64,000 nucleotides of DNA from NCBI GenBank assembly GCA_012295275.1, contig CM022676.1, positions 4,712,001 to 4,776,000 of the forward strand. Reading direction: 5' to 3'. A program made the position numbers and the translations under genes. Of this stretch, positions 31,706 to 46,401 are shown piece after piece. Origin of the DNA: Chrysomallon squamiferum. Taxonomy: Eukaryota > Animalia > Mollusca. The notes beneath the pieces are model-generated. The model saw only the letters and a list, made by a program, of their open reading frames with translations. It did not search any database and had not been told where the DNA came from. Every line of letters starts with the position of its first letter. The stretch's first letter is position 1.

Positions 31706-32263
31706 AGCAGAGATAAGGAGAATGCCATACAGACAGAGAGAGAAATCAGAAAAATAAAAATAAATAAATAAATAAAAAATACAATATCCACAAATTACCC
31801 ACGAACATTATACAAGGGAAACAAATATACTCCAGAAGCAATCATTTACATATTATTTCTTAAATATCAATATGGAAATGACAAAATTACCGTTTCAGTG
31901 AAAATATAATTTACATTAATCGTATTAAAGAGGTTTAATATATCTATTCTGTCGAGTCAAATAACGCGATGCTGAAATGTCGACGCCGTTTCGAAATTGT
32001 GTGGGGAATTCGAGCACAATGAAATATTTCTTCTTACTTCAATGCGGTACGGAAATGGAAATATTAAATTAATATTTTGACTGAAAACATATTTTACTGC
32101 AGCCGTAATGAAAAGCCTTTTCGTCTGTTTTCAATTAACTTAAGTGAACGAAGGTTAAAAATAGGCGTCGAGTAAAAAAATTATCTAAGTATTTATTTAT
32201 GGATATATGAGTATAAACTGTAGAAAAAGCCTTTTGGTGGTTGTTGTTTTTGAAGGAATTTTA

Positions 32264-32308
<45 letters not shown>

Positions 32309-32598
32309 TTTGGCGGGGTTATTTTCTTATTTTTTATTATTATTTTTATTTATTTTTTATTTTTTTATTATTATTTTTTTTTTTTTTCATTGTTGTTTTT
32401 GTTTTTTATTGTGGTGGTGGAATAAGAGTGTTGTTTTTGCTTTTTTTGTTTGTGTTTTTTGCTTGTTTGTTTTTGGGGGTTGGGGGAGGCGTGTTGCTAT
32501 TTTTGTTTTTCTTTTCATTTATTTTTCTTGGTTTTTGTGATCATTTCTTTTAATCATTTATGTTTTATAGTTATTACTTCTACAACTACTATTGCAAT

Positions 32599-32660
<62 letters not shown>

Positions 32661-33096
32661 TAAACGTTACTACCGTTTTTACCAAATTTATAAATTACAT
32701 ATATTATTTAAGCGTCTCCATTTTCAAAGTTGAATTGTGACGTCAAAGTATTATCAACGTCAATAATGATGTGACGTCACTGAGTTGACCTGACAACGAG
32801 GACATTGAATATCGAGTGTGACTGACTGGCTAAGAATAGCAGATTGGTAAATATACAATGTTTTCTTCATTTTATCTATTTATTTATATAAATGCGTACG
32901 CTAACATTGCGTGTATTGCTCGTGCATTACTTGTGCCTCGCTCTCACTCTGTGCACTTGCGCAGTATTATTTATTATTTTTAATCAGTGTCGTCTGTAAC
33001 ATTCTAGTACTCGAGCTTAGGAATTATGCAGTTTTCCCTCTGTATTTATTACCTTATGTATATGTTTGTGTCTTTTTTCACTGGTATTATTAATAT

Positions 33097-33200
<104 letters not shown>

Positions 33201-33467
33201 GCATATATACTTATCTTTCTATTTACGAGTATGTCTCTTTCACAGTATTTGTAGTAATAATATTATAAACTTATATATATATATATATATATACATTTTT
33301 TTATACTTTATTTTATATACAGTTAAATAGCAATGGAATCTAATTATGACTTTCATACAGATATTAAATAAATAAAATAATAATAATTAAAAACAAATAA
33401 ATAAATAAATAAAAATTAAATTTAGAGATAGAAAAAAAAAATTCTTCACCCGCTGAAAATAATATAA

Positions 33468-33499
<32 letters not shown>

Positions 33500-33796
33500 C
33501 TTTCATTTTATGGGAATTTGTATTTTAAGATAAAAGCATTTTGATTACAGAAATCGTTTTTTTCTTTCCTTTCTTTGCTTTTTTTATGCGTTTTCTCTGC
33601 ATTTCTAAATTCAATTAATTTTTTTTTAAACTGAAACTTTATTGCACATAAAGTAGGAATTTAACAGATATTTAACAACTTGTGTTGCATTTAATCAAAC
33701 TTTTTCGTTAAAAATGTGCAAAAAAAACTGCTGTTACATATTAATTGCGTGAAGTGATATTATTCTTAATTCATCACGTTATTATTGTTGTTGTTG

Positions 33797-33854
<58 letters not shown>

Positions 33855-34907
33855 CATTATTATTATTAGTATTGTTGTTGTTGCTGCTGCTGCTGCTTTT
33901 CTTGTTCTTGTTGGTTTATTTATTTATTTATTTATTGTTTTGTTTTGTTGTTTCATTTTCACTTTTTCATATTTTGTGTCACTACGCAAAGAAACTGAAC
34001 TTCATTCGCTGTTATCAAAAGGGATTTTCTTCTGATATTTATATCTCTACGATATGACGTCACAATATTATTATTACGAAATACCAAGAAGGGAAGTAAA
34101 TGAACAAAAATTGAAAGAACGAGAGACTGTATGAATGAAAGAAGCAACGAAAGATGAAAATAATAAATGCATAAATAACGAAAGAACAAAACAGTGAAAA
34201 AAAAAAGCAAAACAACAAAAATGAATGATGGAAATAACGAACGAAGAAACAAACACATGTATGAGTACATGGAATGCATGCATTATTACATACATACATA
34301 CATACATACATATACATACATACATTCAGATATATATATAAAACACACATAACAACGTAACATACATCCACACACACACACATAAACACGAACGCGCATG
34401 CGCACATCTGTAAAATTAACCATACAGCCTACAAACTAACGTTAACTTTCTTTTATTCCATTTCTACCGTCTTACAAACACTTTCTCACGCCGCTACAAA
34501 TCTCTCAAACAAAACATACACACAGACACTGACGCATACCACCACACCACCAATTTGCCAGGAACAGGTGCTTTTTGTTATGCTTAAAACGAAAAGATGA
34601 GGAAAATCCAGATGGATATGGCACTTCCGTCGGCAAGCCAAGATTTCGTTGCTTCGCAGTTAATCTTTTTAAGTGTCGCCGTTGTTGAGAAGCTGATTCG
34701 ATTTCGCTGCGATGTGGAAAGTCTCCGTGTCGTTGCCGCTGAAGCTGCAGTCGCATAATCCGCCACGACACCCACGTGCAGTTTATTTATGTTCTGGTTC
34801 ATCTGTCCTTGTGTTACATTTAGCGAGGTCGCTTAGCTTCGGGCTTTTTTTCCCGGTAAAATACGGTAGCGCGTTGAATGTCGTCGACTCGTTGAAACAG
34901 ACGATAT

Positions 34908-35095
34908 GATATGTTGAATTTTGATTCGTTAAGATAAAAGATATATGTTGAATATTGATTCGTTAAGATAAAATATATTACACGTTGAATTTTGATTCGG
35001 TAAGGTGAACGACAAGGTGTATGTATATTAAATTTTGATTCGTTAAGATAAATGATATAATACACACAATTTCGATTTGTTAAAATAAATGATAC
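34908..35095. repeat. Degenerate tandem repeat of about 30 bp
   Basis: TGTTGAATTTTGATTCGTTAAGATAAA-like units, about 5 copies. Confidence 0.7.
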
Positions 35096-35194
35096 AATAC
35101 GATGAAAGCAGATATTTCACTAGCGTACACATAGAATACAAAATAAATATAGAAATAAACAGTAAGTTATATTCTTAATTTTTTTTACGAATGA

Positions 35195-35281
35195 CACTTT
35201 TTGACCCCCATGAATTAATCGATCCTTTGAAGAATCCCATCGACCCTCATAGGTCGATATCGACCTCTTTTGAGACCCCTG
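35195..35281 (-). mobile_element. Possible terminal fragment of a hAT (Charlie/SPIN-type) DNA transposon or MITE
   Basis: Minus strand starts CAGGGGTCTCAAA next to a TCTACAG flank, with an internal palindrome AGGTCGATATCGACCT. No partner terminal repeat was found. Confidence 0.35.
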
Positions 35282-36240
35282 CTGTAGATAAACGACATGA
35301 TTCGCTGAATTTCGATTCGTCAAGACTGAGCACCTAATAGTGTTTTTTTTTTTTTTTATACATTAAGACAGAGGATATGAAAACTTCACATTTATCTTTC
35401 ATTTTTATTTTTATTTTTCGTTGTTGTTGTTTTTGTTTGTTTATTTATTTATTTCCTTTCTATTATTTATTTTTTATTTTTTTTTATTTTTTTTTTAACT
35501 TATTTATTGAATTTGTTGTATTACTGACTTTCTTTTTTTACTATTATTGCTCTTCATAACTAGAGAAGTTTTTGAATTTTGGTTTATTGCTGTGTTATAA
35601 TGAAAGATATAATTAGATATCTCAGTAAATGTAACAAAAAAAAAAGAATTCAAATCATTCACAATGCACGAGTGACGGTCGTGAATGAAATCGAGGTTTG
35701 AACAACTTCCTGGTTACATAGGCAGGCGGCGTTCAAGAATCTTCAATGACGGAAACAGTGATTTAAACAACTTATTGATTGCATTTAACAGGCTAACCTG
35801 CGTTTCTAGTGAATGTAACCATAACGTAAATAGCCTACTGACTTCCCATTACAAGCGTACTAGAACCTTCAGCTAACGCAGGCCTGTTTGAAATGGATAA
35901 CTGATTAATAACATGAAAATAAATGCGATAACACCGTATATGATGATGAATACGTTCGTGTTTGGGTATATCGTAGATAAGAATTATTTTTTTTTGTTTT
36001 ATAATTAGCTTTGTTGCCGCAGAGAAATTGAAATTTTCTTGACATTTTAAATCTCTTTATATACCGGCTACCTTTTTTTTTTTTTTTTTTTTTTGAATTT
36101 ATTGTTCTTGGTATAGCTCCAGGTTTAACTACCTCAAATAGTTTTAATATGTCAGATATATAAAAGACTTGTGCAGCTCAAAACGGAGAAATGTGGGCGA
36201 AACGGTGAAGAAATGTTTCAGTACACTTAACCGAATTCAT

Positions 36241-36517
36241 ATATTTTATTTAACGACACACAAGAAACATTTTAACGTGTGAATATATGGAACTAATATA
36301 GTTTTGAGAACTATGCTGATAAAGAAAAGAGAAATTCCCAGGCAGACCGCAATGGACTAATCATTCCGTATCTTAGTAAGGAATATTTTAGATGCATTAT
36401 CCTATAGACAGAAACGTTAAATATCCGAGCTTTTGAAAAAAAAAGTCTGTCAAGAACTGGAATTAGCAAACAGTCGCACCAAGCAGCTTTGATCCTGTGA
36501 CGTTCCACGTCCCGCTT
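36241..36517 (-). mobile_element. Decayed tRNA-derived SINE (MetaSINE-like)
   Basis: Minus strand reads GCGGGACGT..CAGGATCAA..TTCCAG, then CTGTCTATAGGATAATGCATCTAAAATATTCCTTACT, then a tail ..GTGTGTCGTTAAATAAAAT. This order recalls gastropod Meta-domain SINEs (recognised from memory, not by search). Confidence 0.55.
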
Positions 36518-36578
36518 TCCATTCTAATATAGACCAAGATATTGTACCCATAAAGAATTAATGTTCACGTAACATACA

Positions 36579-36612
<34 letters not shown>

Positions 36613-37406
36613 AATTTAAAGTAATAACAAAAAAAAATGATGTTTGTATGGAATTCAGTGCATCGTCATTTCAAGTTTATCTAACGTAGATCGTTTTAGG
36701 TTAAAATATATTATTTACACGTCATATATTACTGACATTATCAAAAAAAAAAAAAAAAAAAAGTGTTTCTGAAAATTATAATGTAAGCCACACTGAAATA
36801 TAATAATCAGTGTCATCTATTCGTTAACAATAAAAAAAAAAAAAAAAAAAGTCGAGAAATCAATGACAGAAAACTAACCAGCGTTTTCTAGTTGTATATT
36901 TTCTAGTCAGAATATTTTGATACGAGAAGATAATAATGCTAAATTAATCAGTGTGCGTTAATGATGCCGTTAATTAAAACAGTTCAAAAATGTAGGTCAG
37001 AAACTTTTGGATGCCCATGATTAAAGATATTTAGTTAATTAGACGCTATTTTAATTAAAACAAGCTTTAAAACAAGTTTTAAAAACCAGTAGCTAAGGAT
37101 GGAGAAATTATTCAGTGTATTTTTCTTGTGTTGTTAATTAAAACAAACCTAAATGTGAAAATTTATGACTGAATTTTATTTTATTTTATTTTATTTTATT
37201 TTATTATTTATTTATTTGTTTGTTTGTTTGTTTGTTTGTTTGTTTATTTTGATACCAGTAGTTAATGGTATAAATTTAATCGGTGTATTTTAAACATGTC
37301 CTCTTGACAATTTCCGGCTGACGTCACATTTTGTCATCACATCTGGGTTATTGATCTAATGGGGACAAATGACCGATTAAACGCAGATATGAGGCTTATA
37401 ATTGTT

Positions 37407-37438
<32 letters not shown>

Positions 37439-40096
37439 AGTAAAGATATATATATATATATCAGCAATTCTTTAATATCACTAGTTAATTATATTAAAAT
37501 AATAAATTAATTATACTATAAATTAAAACAAGTTTTAAATGAAAAAAAGACAGAATTTGTTCATCAACAAATTTAATTTTGACTATCAACTATTATGACG
37601 TCTTATAAATTGCAACAATAATTAGAATATAAAATTAATCACTGTACCGTGGAACTGTTGTACAATAAATAATTTTTTTTTTTTTAAACTTTCGTTGAGC
37701 ACTGTGTATAATTATGTCTAAAATACACGTGTTTCACATCCAACAGCTGATAATAGAAAACTAATCAATAAATCTGCTGCATCAAATGAGACAAAATTAA
37801 ACGAATTCAAAATAAATATTTTCTTTAATTAAATTGTATTCCTGTAACACTGTTTAGCTTTCAAAGCCTTCTTCCGTGTTTTAATATCCGTTGTCATTAT
37901 CTTTTCTGCTTTTTCTTTTAGCCCTAAAGCCTTCTTTCTATTTTTTTTTTCTACCTAATATTATTTTTTCTCTATTTTTTTTTTTATTTTATTTTTTTTT
38001 TTTTTTTTTTTTTAGTAATTCCCTTTGTGTTTCGTTTTAGTTTCACTTAATATCTTTGTCTTTATTTTCTTTTATTTTTTTTTTTCTCTAATATTGTCTT
38101 TCTTTTTTCTTTTATGTAAACTGTTATTCTTTTCTTGATTTAATTTTTTTTTTTCGTTCTCCCTTTTTTCTTTTATTAAATCTCTTTTTGTCTGCATTTC
38201 ATTTTGTTCTTTATTCTTTATTGTCTGTAAAAACAAAAACAAACAAAAAATGTTGTCTTAAAAGAGTTATTACATCCTTTTTCCTCCAATACCAATTTGT
38301 TTCATTGCTTTAAATGGCAATTATCGAGACTATGTTCGTCAAACGACACCAAAGAGTTGAATTTTTATATCTGCTCTCATCTTCGTCATCTTTTTCTTCT
38401 TTTCAAATAATATTATTAGCGAATGATAAGTTTGATGAGGTGACTACAGTTGTAAAAGCACAAAATAAACATCGTTTTCGTTTGATCTGTACAGCAACAA
38501 TCTCTGATACGCGGCGCTCATTTCATCGGAAATAGGTATCGATCGGAGTTACAGTTTCCGGCACTAGATTTGCATATTAAGGCCGTCTCAGCCCGCTTAT
38601 ATGATGCACGAACAGCGGCAAGTAAGCCTTCTGCCCCGTTCACGTCATAAAATATGTAGTTTTATAGTCAACTGTAATAAGAATGCATTTAAAAAATATA
38701 TAAATAATGTATACAATATTTTTTCTGTCGATGTGTGAAAGCAGAGTGTTGTGTTTATGTTTCAGGGGAAAACGGGGGCGAGAGATAAACGAGAAAGGCA
38801 AACAGGCAACTAGATAAATCGACAGAAAACAGACAAATGTACAAACATACAGAGAAACAAAAAAAGAAAATAAGAATAATTTCAGAAAAAAATAATTCAA
38901 AATGAAATATTATTTTTGTTTTGGAGATGTGATTTATTTATTTATTTTATTTTATTGGTATTGGTAATTTATTTATTTATTTTATTTTATTTTTGGTAAT
39001 TTATTTATTTATTTTATTTTATTATATTTTATTTTAAATAGTGGGTTAGTTCTTTGCAGGGTTTTCATTGGCCTCTCTCTCTCTCTCTCTCCTATTTTTA
39101 TGTCATTTTTCGGACCTTTTTTTTTTTTTTTTTTAAATATAAGCGATCAGTATTTACGCATATCAGAAATGTATTTTTTTTTTTTTTTTTTTTTTTCGTG
39201 TACCTGTGCATTATTGTTTCGAATATATATTTCTTGTACTGCTATCTAATTTGCTTGTTTTCTTTCTTTCTCTTTTTCTTTTTTTTTTTTTTAATAGTTT
39301 TTTTAATTAAAATGTTTTCTAAAAGACAGTATTATTAAAATAACAGAAAAGAAAAAAAAAAAAAAAGATTGAAAAAGAGAGTGAGAAACGAAGAGAGAGA
39401 AACCGCGAGAGTTTTAACAGAAACTACGGAATTACTCATTTCGCTTTGACAAATTTATACTGACATCGAGCATTACCTAAATGGAAATCGAAGTACTGAT
39501 TACAAAATGTTAATGTTTTTAATAGGAACCAAATCTACAATGGCAAATTTAAACCAGTAAACAAAATAAAATAATCTGCAATTAGCGATTTCGACACCTA
39601 GGGACGATCTAAACCATTTATTTTAGAGCTTCGTTGACAGCCGACTAAACCCCAAATCTGCGATATTCTCGAAATGTGGCGGTTTAGGCTGAAAGCCGGA
39701 TTTATGAACAAACATGAGCGTCTTTTGCTATATTCTGCCAGTAAACAATATAAGCTGTTGTTACACGCATTTCGCCACCTAAGGGAGATAATAAATCTTT
39801 TATTTAAAATGCTCAATGGCTTCTGTCTAAATAAGAGACGGCTGGGACAGAAGATATTTATAATTATGGGGTTAAATTGATGTTTCGACCGTGAATAGCT
39901 GCAGGTTATAATGCAGAATGTGGACCCCAACTTGATATTATTGGCGCGGTCATTCACTCACTGTTTTTGATTATTATTTATTGAATACAATTTCGTTCTC
40001 ACTTGTCATTATTTATTTTCCACCGGTTCAAATGTGGTTTGCCGAATAAAATAATATTCGTCATTCGGGGGGGGGGGATTGTTCTTCCCGGGGATG

Positions 40097-40144
<48 letters not shown>

Positions 40145-41093
40145 TTACTGTTGGCAAACATAATCAGTTACAATTATAAAAAAAAAGTATTTTTTACTGT
40201 TTAGACAAAATGCGACAATCAATTGAAATAAACAAAATGTATTTTTACCAAGAAAATTGATCTACGATTTAGAGCCAGATGATCCTCATATTATCAGAAC
40301 ATTAAACATCAAAACAACAAACAAACAAAAATTATTCCAGCATTTTATTAAGTCGTTAAATCGTGTCATTCTTTGATACTGTCATAAACACAGCACCGCC
40401 CTTGTGGGAACGTCATCAATATTTTAGCGAGTAAAAAGTAGAGTTATCTCCCTGCAGAGAAGCCATTGTCGGTAATCGGAAACCAAAAATAAATTCTTCT
40501 ACGTTAGTTACAGTCACTTACTAACGATCCCATTAGTTTCAGCGCTGATCGCTCATTATGAAATGGAATTGCAGACGATATCTCGCTTACATTTTAGCAC
40601 TGGGCGGATAGCTGCATGAAAATTTAATGTTAACCTTTCATGCAAAGAAACGTCAATATGTAACAAATACCACATAATCGTTGTCCAGATAGTAAAATCC
40701 TAATAAACTAATGTGATGTATTAATTTAAAATGTCATTTGTGAAGCATCGAAAATCAATAAATACGATGAAAATTAATTCGGCGCTTTCGGGTTAATTTT
40801 TATATAATAGAATTCACGTTAACAACTTTTCACGGAAATATCCCCTAGAGTGTTTATGAAAACTTGTTTAATGCGGCATTCGCGATTCTGTTCCGCATTG
40901 CATTAATAATGGCTAAAATAGCAATGACTGAATCTGTATAACCATTATTCTGTACTGAAGTAGATTCTGAATTTACATCAAGTACAGATTCACAGGTAGG
41001 GAGGGCAGTCGACGAATCATCTACACCACACACAGACGCACAATTGTTTTAATAAATAAATAAAATAAAAATACATTATTCATTAAAAATCAA

Positions 41094-41099
41094 TTTATT
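41094..41099 (-). terminator. Candidate distal polyadenylation signal of SRPRA (implies a 3'UTR of about 4 kb)
   Basis: AATAAA on the minus strand followed by U-rich and GU-rich sequence (tgtgcgtctgtgtggtgt). It coincides with the CpG-content transition. Many other AATAAA hexamers exist, so this is uncertain. Confidence 0.35.
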
Positions 41100-43619
41100 T
41101 CATAAATTAATATACAAAGTATTGCCCACAGCCAACAATATAACAACATTAAATAAATAGCAGACGATTTTAGCAAACAATTTTATTTTCCATACATGAG
41201 CATTTTTCTGTTTAGATCAAAAACACAGAGGGAGGGCAATGAAGACTTCCCCCTTGGTTTTGAATTGTACAGTAATATAAATTTATTTTCCGACTGATTA
41301 TTTTTTTTTTTTTTTTTTTTTTGAGATGACTAACAAAATATTATCAGTTGCTAAGTGTGCCCAGTGGTGTCTGTAATACTAAGTATCTAATTTTTACAAA
41401 TAACAATTTTCAAAATATTATATTGTTATTAATTATACAGTAAAATCGCCATTAACAAACAAATAGACTAGTTTATGTGAATTTAGTCAGGACTGGAGGT
41501 TACACAGTCAGAAAAAACAATTTATTACAAACAAAAAAATATATTAAATTACCAACTGATACACTTTCAGTTTTTAAAACAAGTTTGTTAAAATCACATT
41601 CCAAATAAAGATGATTCTGCCAATTTCGAATTGAGAGACGGTGAAGGAAAGAATGATGGAAAGACAAACAGAGAGAAAGAATGAAAGAGCAAGTGAGAGA
41701 TTGATGAAACATTTAATTTTGAAAATGGCATTAAAGGTACAAGAAGTCCTTGCTACATGTGAAATTTACAGTTGGTGCATTGATACATAAAACAAATGAC
41801 ACAAATACATTTTGTAAGAGATTTTGATACAGCCAGCACCATACTTAATATATATATATATATGTATGTATGTGTGTGTGTGTGTGTGTATATCACATAT
41901 AAATATATATATATATATATATGCAATGACATACAATACCAAATCCAATAAAACAAAATACAAAATAATAATCTCTTTCTAATGTTTGTTGGTTGTCAAT
42001 CATTTTGATTATCTGTATGCTTATGAAAATGTGAGAGAGAGACAGTTAAATTAAATTAATTAAATGATCAATTAACATTATTTTGTCTTTAAGAAAATAA
42101 AAAAATAAAAATACTAAAACATGAAAGAGATCAATTAATCCCAACGTGAAAACTCTGAACTGAAATGTGTAGATACATGATTACGTACACTTAAGCTCTT
42201 AATTTTAAAGTAAAAATAATAAATTTTTGAGATTATCTGTATCAGAGTATAAAAATAATGGAAGATTTAACAGACAGTACCTGAGTGTGGGACAAACCAG
42301 CTTCAAGTCTTAATTGTGAGAAAATGTTTCCAAAACATTTGGTATAGCTTAACAAACATTCTCACAAAACAGTTACAATGGTGGAATAGTCAAATAATTT
42401 TAAGAAAGATGATGAAAATGATAAACGTAAATAAACAAATAAATAAATAAATAAATAAACAAACAAACAAACAAATAATCATAATAGCAATTAAAAAAAA
42501 AAATGACAGTAAATTTAATGATAAAAATTATAACGGTAATTAATTTAATTAAAAAACCCGATGATAATAATAGTAATAATAATGACAATAATTTAATTAC
42601 TATCAAATTCATGACAACAGTAGTTTAATAATAATAATAAAGTAAATAAACATATAATCATTCTATATTCAGAATACAATAATGAGAAATGTATTTGTCT
42701 AAATACACAAATACAGTCAATACTGGCTCCTATGTATTAATTTCTCTTAATCAGATCATTTTAATTACGTTAAAAAAAAAATTAAAAAAAATACTGAACC
42801 AATTTGTCCATTTAATAAAAAAAATAATAATAAAAAATGCATGTTATATTTGTTAAAAAAAGAGATAACATTTAAAATTTAATTTCTATTAAAATAATTG
42901 CCATAATACATACATAAAAAAATAAAAATTAACAAGTATTTTTCACCGACTGTAATTTCCTCATTAATATCTCAAATCTGATTTCAAAGCAAAACATTTG
43001 GTAAATATGGTGTCATGTAGTTTAAAACCAAAGCTTATAAAAGCAAAAACCATTTTAACAACAAATTAACTAATCTGATGTATAATTAATGATTTTAAAA
43101 TAATAATAATAATGCTGAAAAGAAAACAATAAATATTACAAATATTGGTACAACTTTTTTTTTTTTTTGAAACAAAATATTTTTAATTCTCAAAATGCTT
43201 TTTTAACAATTCTGAAACCTAAAAAATAACTTATAAGTCTTAACATATTTAATGTAATATTTCTGAAAGTTTATAAAATAATTTTTAACTGTCAAGAAAT
43301 TTATTTTAATATTTTTGAAAAGTGGTCAAATTATTTATGTGTTAATTCATTCATAGTAATATTTCAGAAACTTATCGAAAATATTTTATAATTTTCAATA
43401 TATTTATGAAAATGTGTTAATAAAAATAAATTTTTCAATTCATTTTTTTTTTTTTATGTCTATGACAATGGATGTTATTTAACAATTTAAGAAACCTAAA
43501 TAACTATTTGACTTTTTATTTGTTTAAACTAACATTTAACTTCAGAAACTGTTTTTGTAACAGATATAACAGGGCATAGTTCACTTAAACTATGCTTAAA
43601 CAATTTCTAATTCAAACAC

Positions 43620-45100
43620 ACTTAAGATTCTTAAAACAGTACGTTTAAATATAGAAACACCCACATAAGAAGAAATTACTTTTAAACTGAGACACATTTT
43701 AAAATTTGAATTCAAACCGTTCTCATAGTAATTCAAAAATATAAAACCATTGACCAACTGCAGTCTAATGTTTCAAAGAAAGTTTAAATACAGTTTATAA
43801 TTCAAACATACATGTAGCAGATTATAATACAGAAGTCAATCTTAACAAATATTTTACGTAAATACATTCTGAAATTTGAATTATTAAACATTGTTCATTT
43901 TCAGGTTGATATTTCTACAAATTTTTTTTTTTTAAAACAATTTATAATTCAATCATACAGGCAGCAGCTTCAAATAAAGGCAGTTAATAATCTAAACAAA
44001 GATTTATTATTAACATAAATACATTTTAAAATTTCAATTAAAATAATTCTCGGCATAACCATAATACACTTTCAATTGCAGACTGATATTTCTAACAAAG
44101 TTTAATTTATATTTAATTTATAATTCAAACATACATAAATAGATTCAAATGTAGGCAAGTCATTCTTATCAAAGTTTTATTTTTAACATAAATAAATACA
44201 TTTTAAAAATTCAGTTAAATAATCTTCAACATAAATATAAACATACACTGTTCAAATGCAGGCTAGTATTTTATATTTAATTTATAATTCAAACATACAT
44301 TAATAGTCAGTCATCAAAATTTTATTTTTAACACAAATACATACAAACATTTACTTTAATTAATTTTACCACATAAATATAAAATTTCAGTTAATTAATT
44401 TTCCACATTAATTTAAACATACCCTGTTCAAATGCATGCTAAAATTTCAAAGAAAATTTTACTTTAATTCATAATTCAAAAATACATGCAGCAATCTTAA
44501 TAAATATTTATTTTTAACATAAATACATCCTAGAATTTCAGATAAATAATTCTCAACATAATTATATGTACATTAAAAACACCATCCAAATGCAGGCTAG
44601 TATTTCAAAGAGAGTTTACTTCATTTTATAATTTAAACATGTGCAGCAGGTTCAGGTACAAATGGCCAATTTTTGACATAAATACATACCAAAATTTCAG
44701 TTACGTAATTGTCAATATAATCATAATATACTTCTAACTCGCAGGATATTATTTCAAACAAAGTTTATATTCAATTTATAATTCAAAACATATACGTAGC
44801 AGATTCAAACATAGGCAGTCAATGTTAACAAAAAGATTTTATTTATCAATTTTAAACAGATTTCGAAAACTCGAACTCAAATAATCCTCAACATAATCGA
44901 TAACACACTATTCACTATATTTCATAGAAAGTTTTTTTTACTTAAACAATTAACAAGTAGGTTCAAATATAGGCAACCAATGTTAACAAAAATGTTTGTT
45001 TTGGGGGTTTTTTTGTTTCTAAAATGTAAATTCAAATCATACTCAAACGTAATTATAAAATGTAAAACTTAGCTGTAGGGCTGCTTATTTCAAAGGGTTT
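43620..45100. repeat. Old degenerate tandem array of 150-185 bp units directly after the SRPRA stop
   Basis: TTTATAATTCAAACATAC-like anchors at about 43794, 43941, 44117, 44281, 44468, 44624 and 44775. Confidence 0.7.
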
Positions 45101-45118
45101 TGTGTTTGTGTTTTTTTT

Positions 45119-45244
45119 TTACTTGAGAAGAGCATGGACGACAGCCTTTGCATTCAGGTTACGAAGATCTGTGTAAGTTTGTCCTGTGCCCACGAACACG
45201 ATGGGTTGACCAGTGGTGTATGTCATTGACACAGCTGCTCCAAC
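45119..45244 (-). CDS. SRPRA: SRPRA exon 14, coding part (VGAAVSMTY...[23 protein letters not shown])
   Basis: ttccag acceptor; TAA stop at 45121-45119. Confidence 0.94.
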   Translation of the reverse strand, partial: VGAAVSMTYTTGQPIVFVGTGQTYTDLRNLNAKAVVHALLK

Positions 45245-46365
45245 CTGGAAAAAAAAAATTTTTAAATTTCTGATTAATAAAAAAAAAATTTAATGTAGTA
45301 AGAAACTGTATTTTCATTCTGTGGTATGCAGTTAGCAGTAAAATAAAATTTATTTGCACTTTCTCATGGGTTGTATACATACCCCAGCCTTTGAAAGCAT
45401 ATTAAAATTTTAGCTGGACTGCAGTTAGCAGTAATGCATCTTCTACATGCACCTTCTCATAGGTTGCATTTTTCAGCCTTTGTAAGCATATTAAAATTTT
45501 AGTATAAAATTTAAAACTAAAGTAGCAAACCTTGTCGTCAATGGTGTCAAACTTGGTGAGAATGATTCCATCGATGAGACGAGGTTCAGTCATATTGGAG
45601 TGGTCAGCAAGAGCCTGGTTAAACTTGGTCAGTTGGTCAACAGCCTCGTTTCCAACCAGAGCCTCGCCAACAAACAGAACCAGATCAGGCTGGTTCACGT
45701 TTATCAGCTGAAATTTAAACAAAACATTTTAAATTTGTATTAGAAGAAATTATTATGCTGGTAATTTAAATTTGATTTTTATTTCTCTCTTTTTCTCACT
45801 CTTTCCCTTTTTTTTTCTTCTAAAAACATTACAAATGAACAGGAATTTATACAAAAAGAAATAAATATGTTACAGATAAAGATTGAACAGTAAAAACAAC
45901 ACACAAATAAAATATGTTAGTTTATTGTTTCAGTATTTCTCTCACTTTTCCCTTTTTTTCTGTTTTTATTTTCACTCCTAATCATAACTTTTTGTTATGT
46001 TTTCGGAACATTTCAGTGAACATTAATTACAAACTACATTATCTTGTTTCTTCCTCAAATCACTAATACGTTCTTTCACACGCGCATGAATAAACACACA
46101 TATGCATGAACACACACACATACACAAAGATATGATTGCGATTCAAAATTAATCCAAAAAATAATGAACTGTTCACTTAATTAGTTTCACACAAAAAAAT
46201 GCATGTAAACTTAGATATTCAAGAAAGATAACAAACATTTTAATTTATCCTCACTTATTTCCCCTTCCAATGTGTATCAACAGAAAGTTTAATTTTAGTT
46301 TTTAATCTACTGTGTTTAAATAGAGTCCATAACTTTAACAAAATAAAAGGTATTTGAAGATGGGA

Positions 46366-46401
<36 letters not shown>

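Noticed and set aside
39598-39957. 119-aa minus-strand ORF in unique sequence; also the ORFs at 8952-9740 and 16747-17024
   Set aside because: No recognisable domain, codon bias or consistent splice frame.
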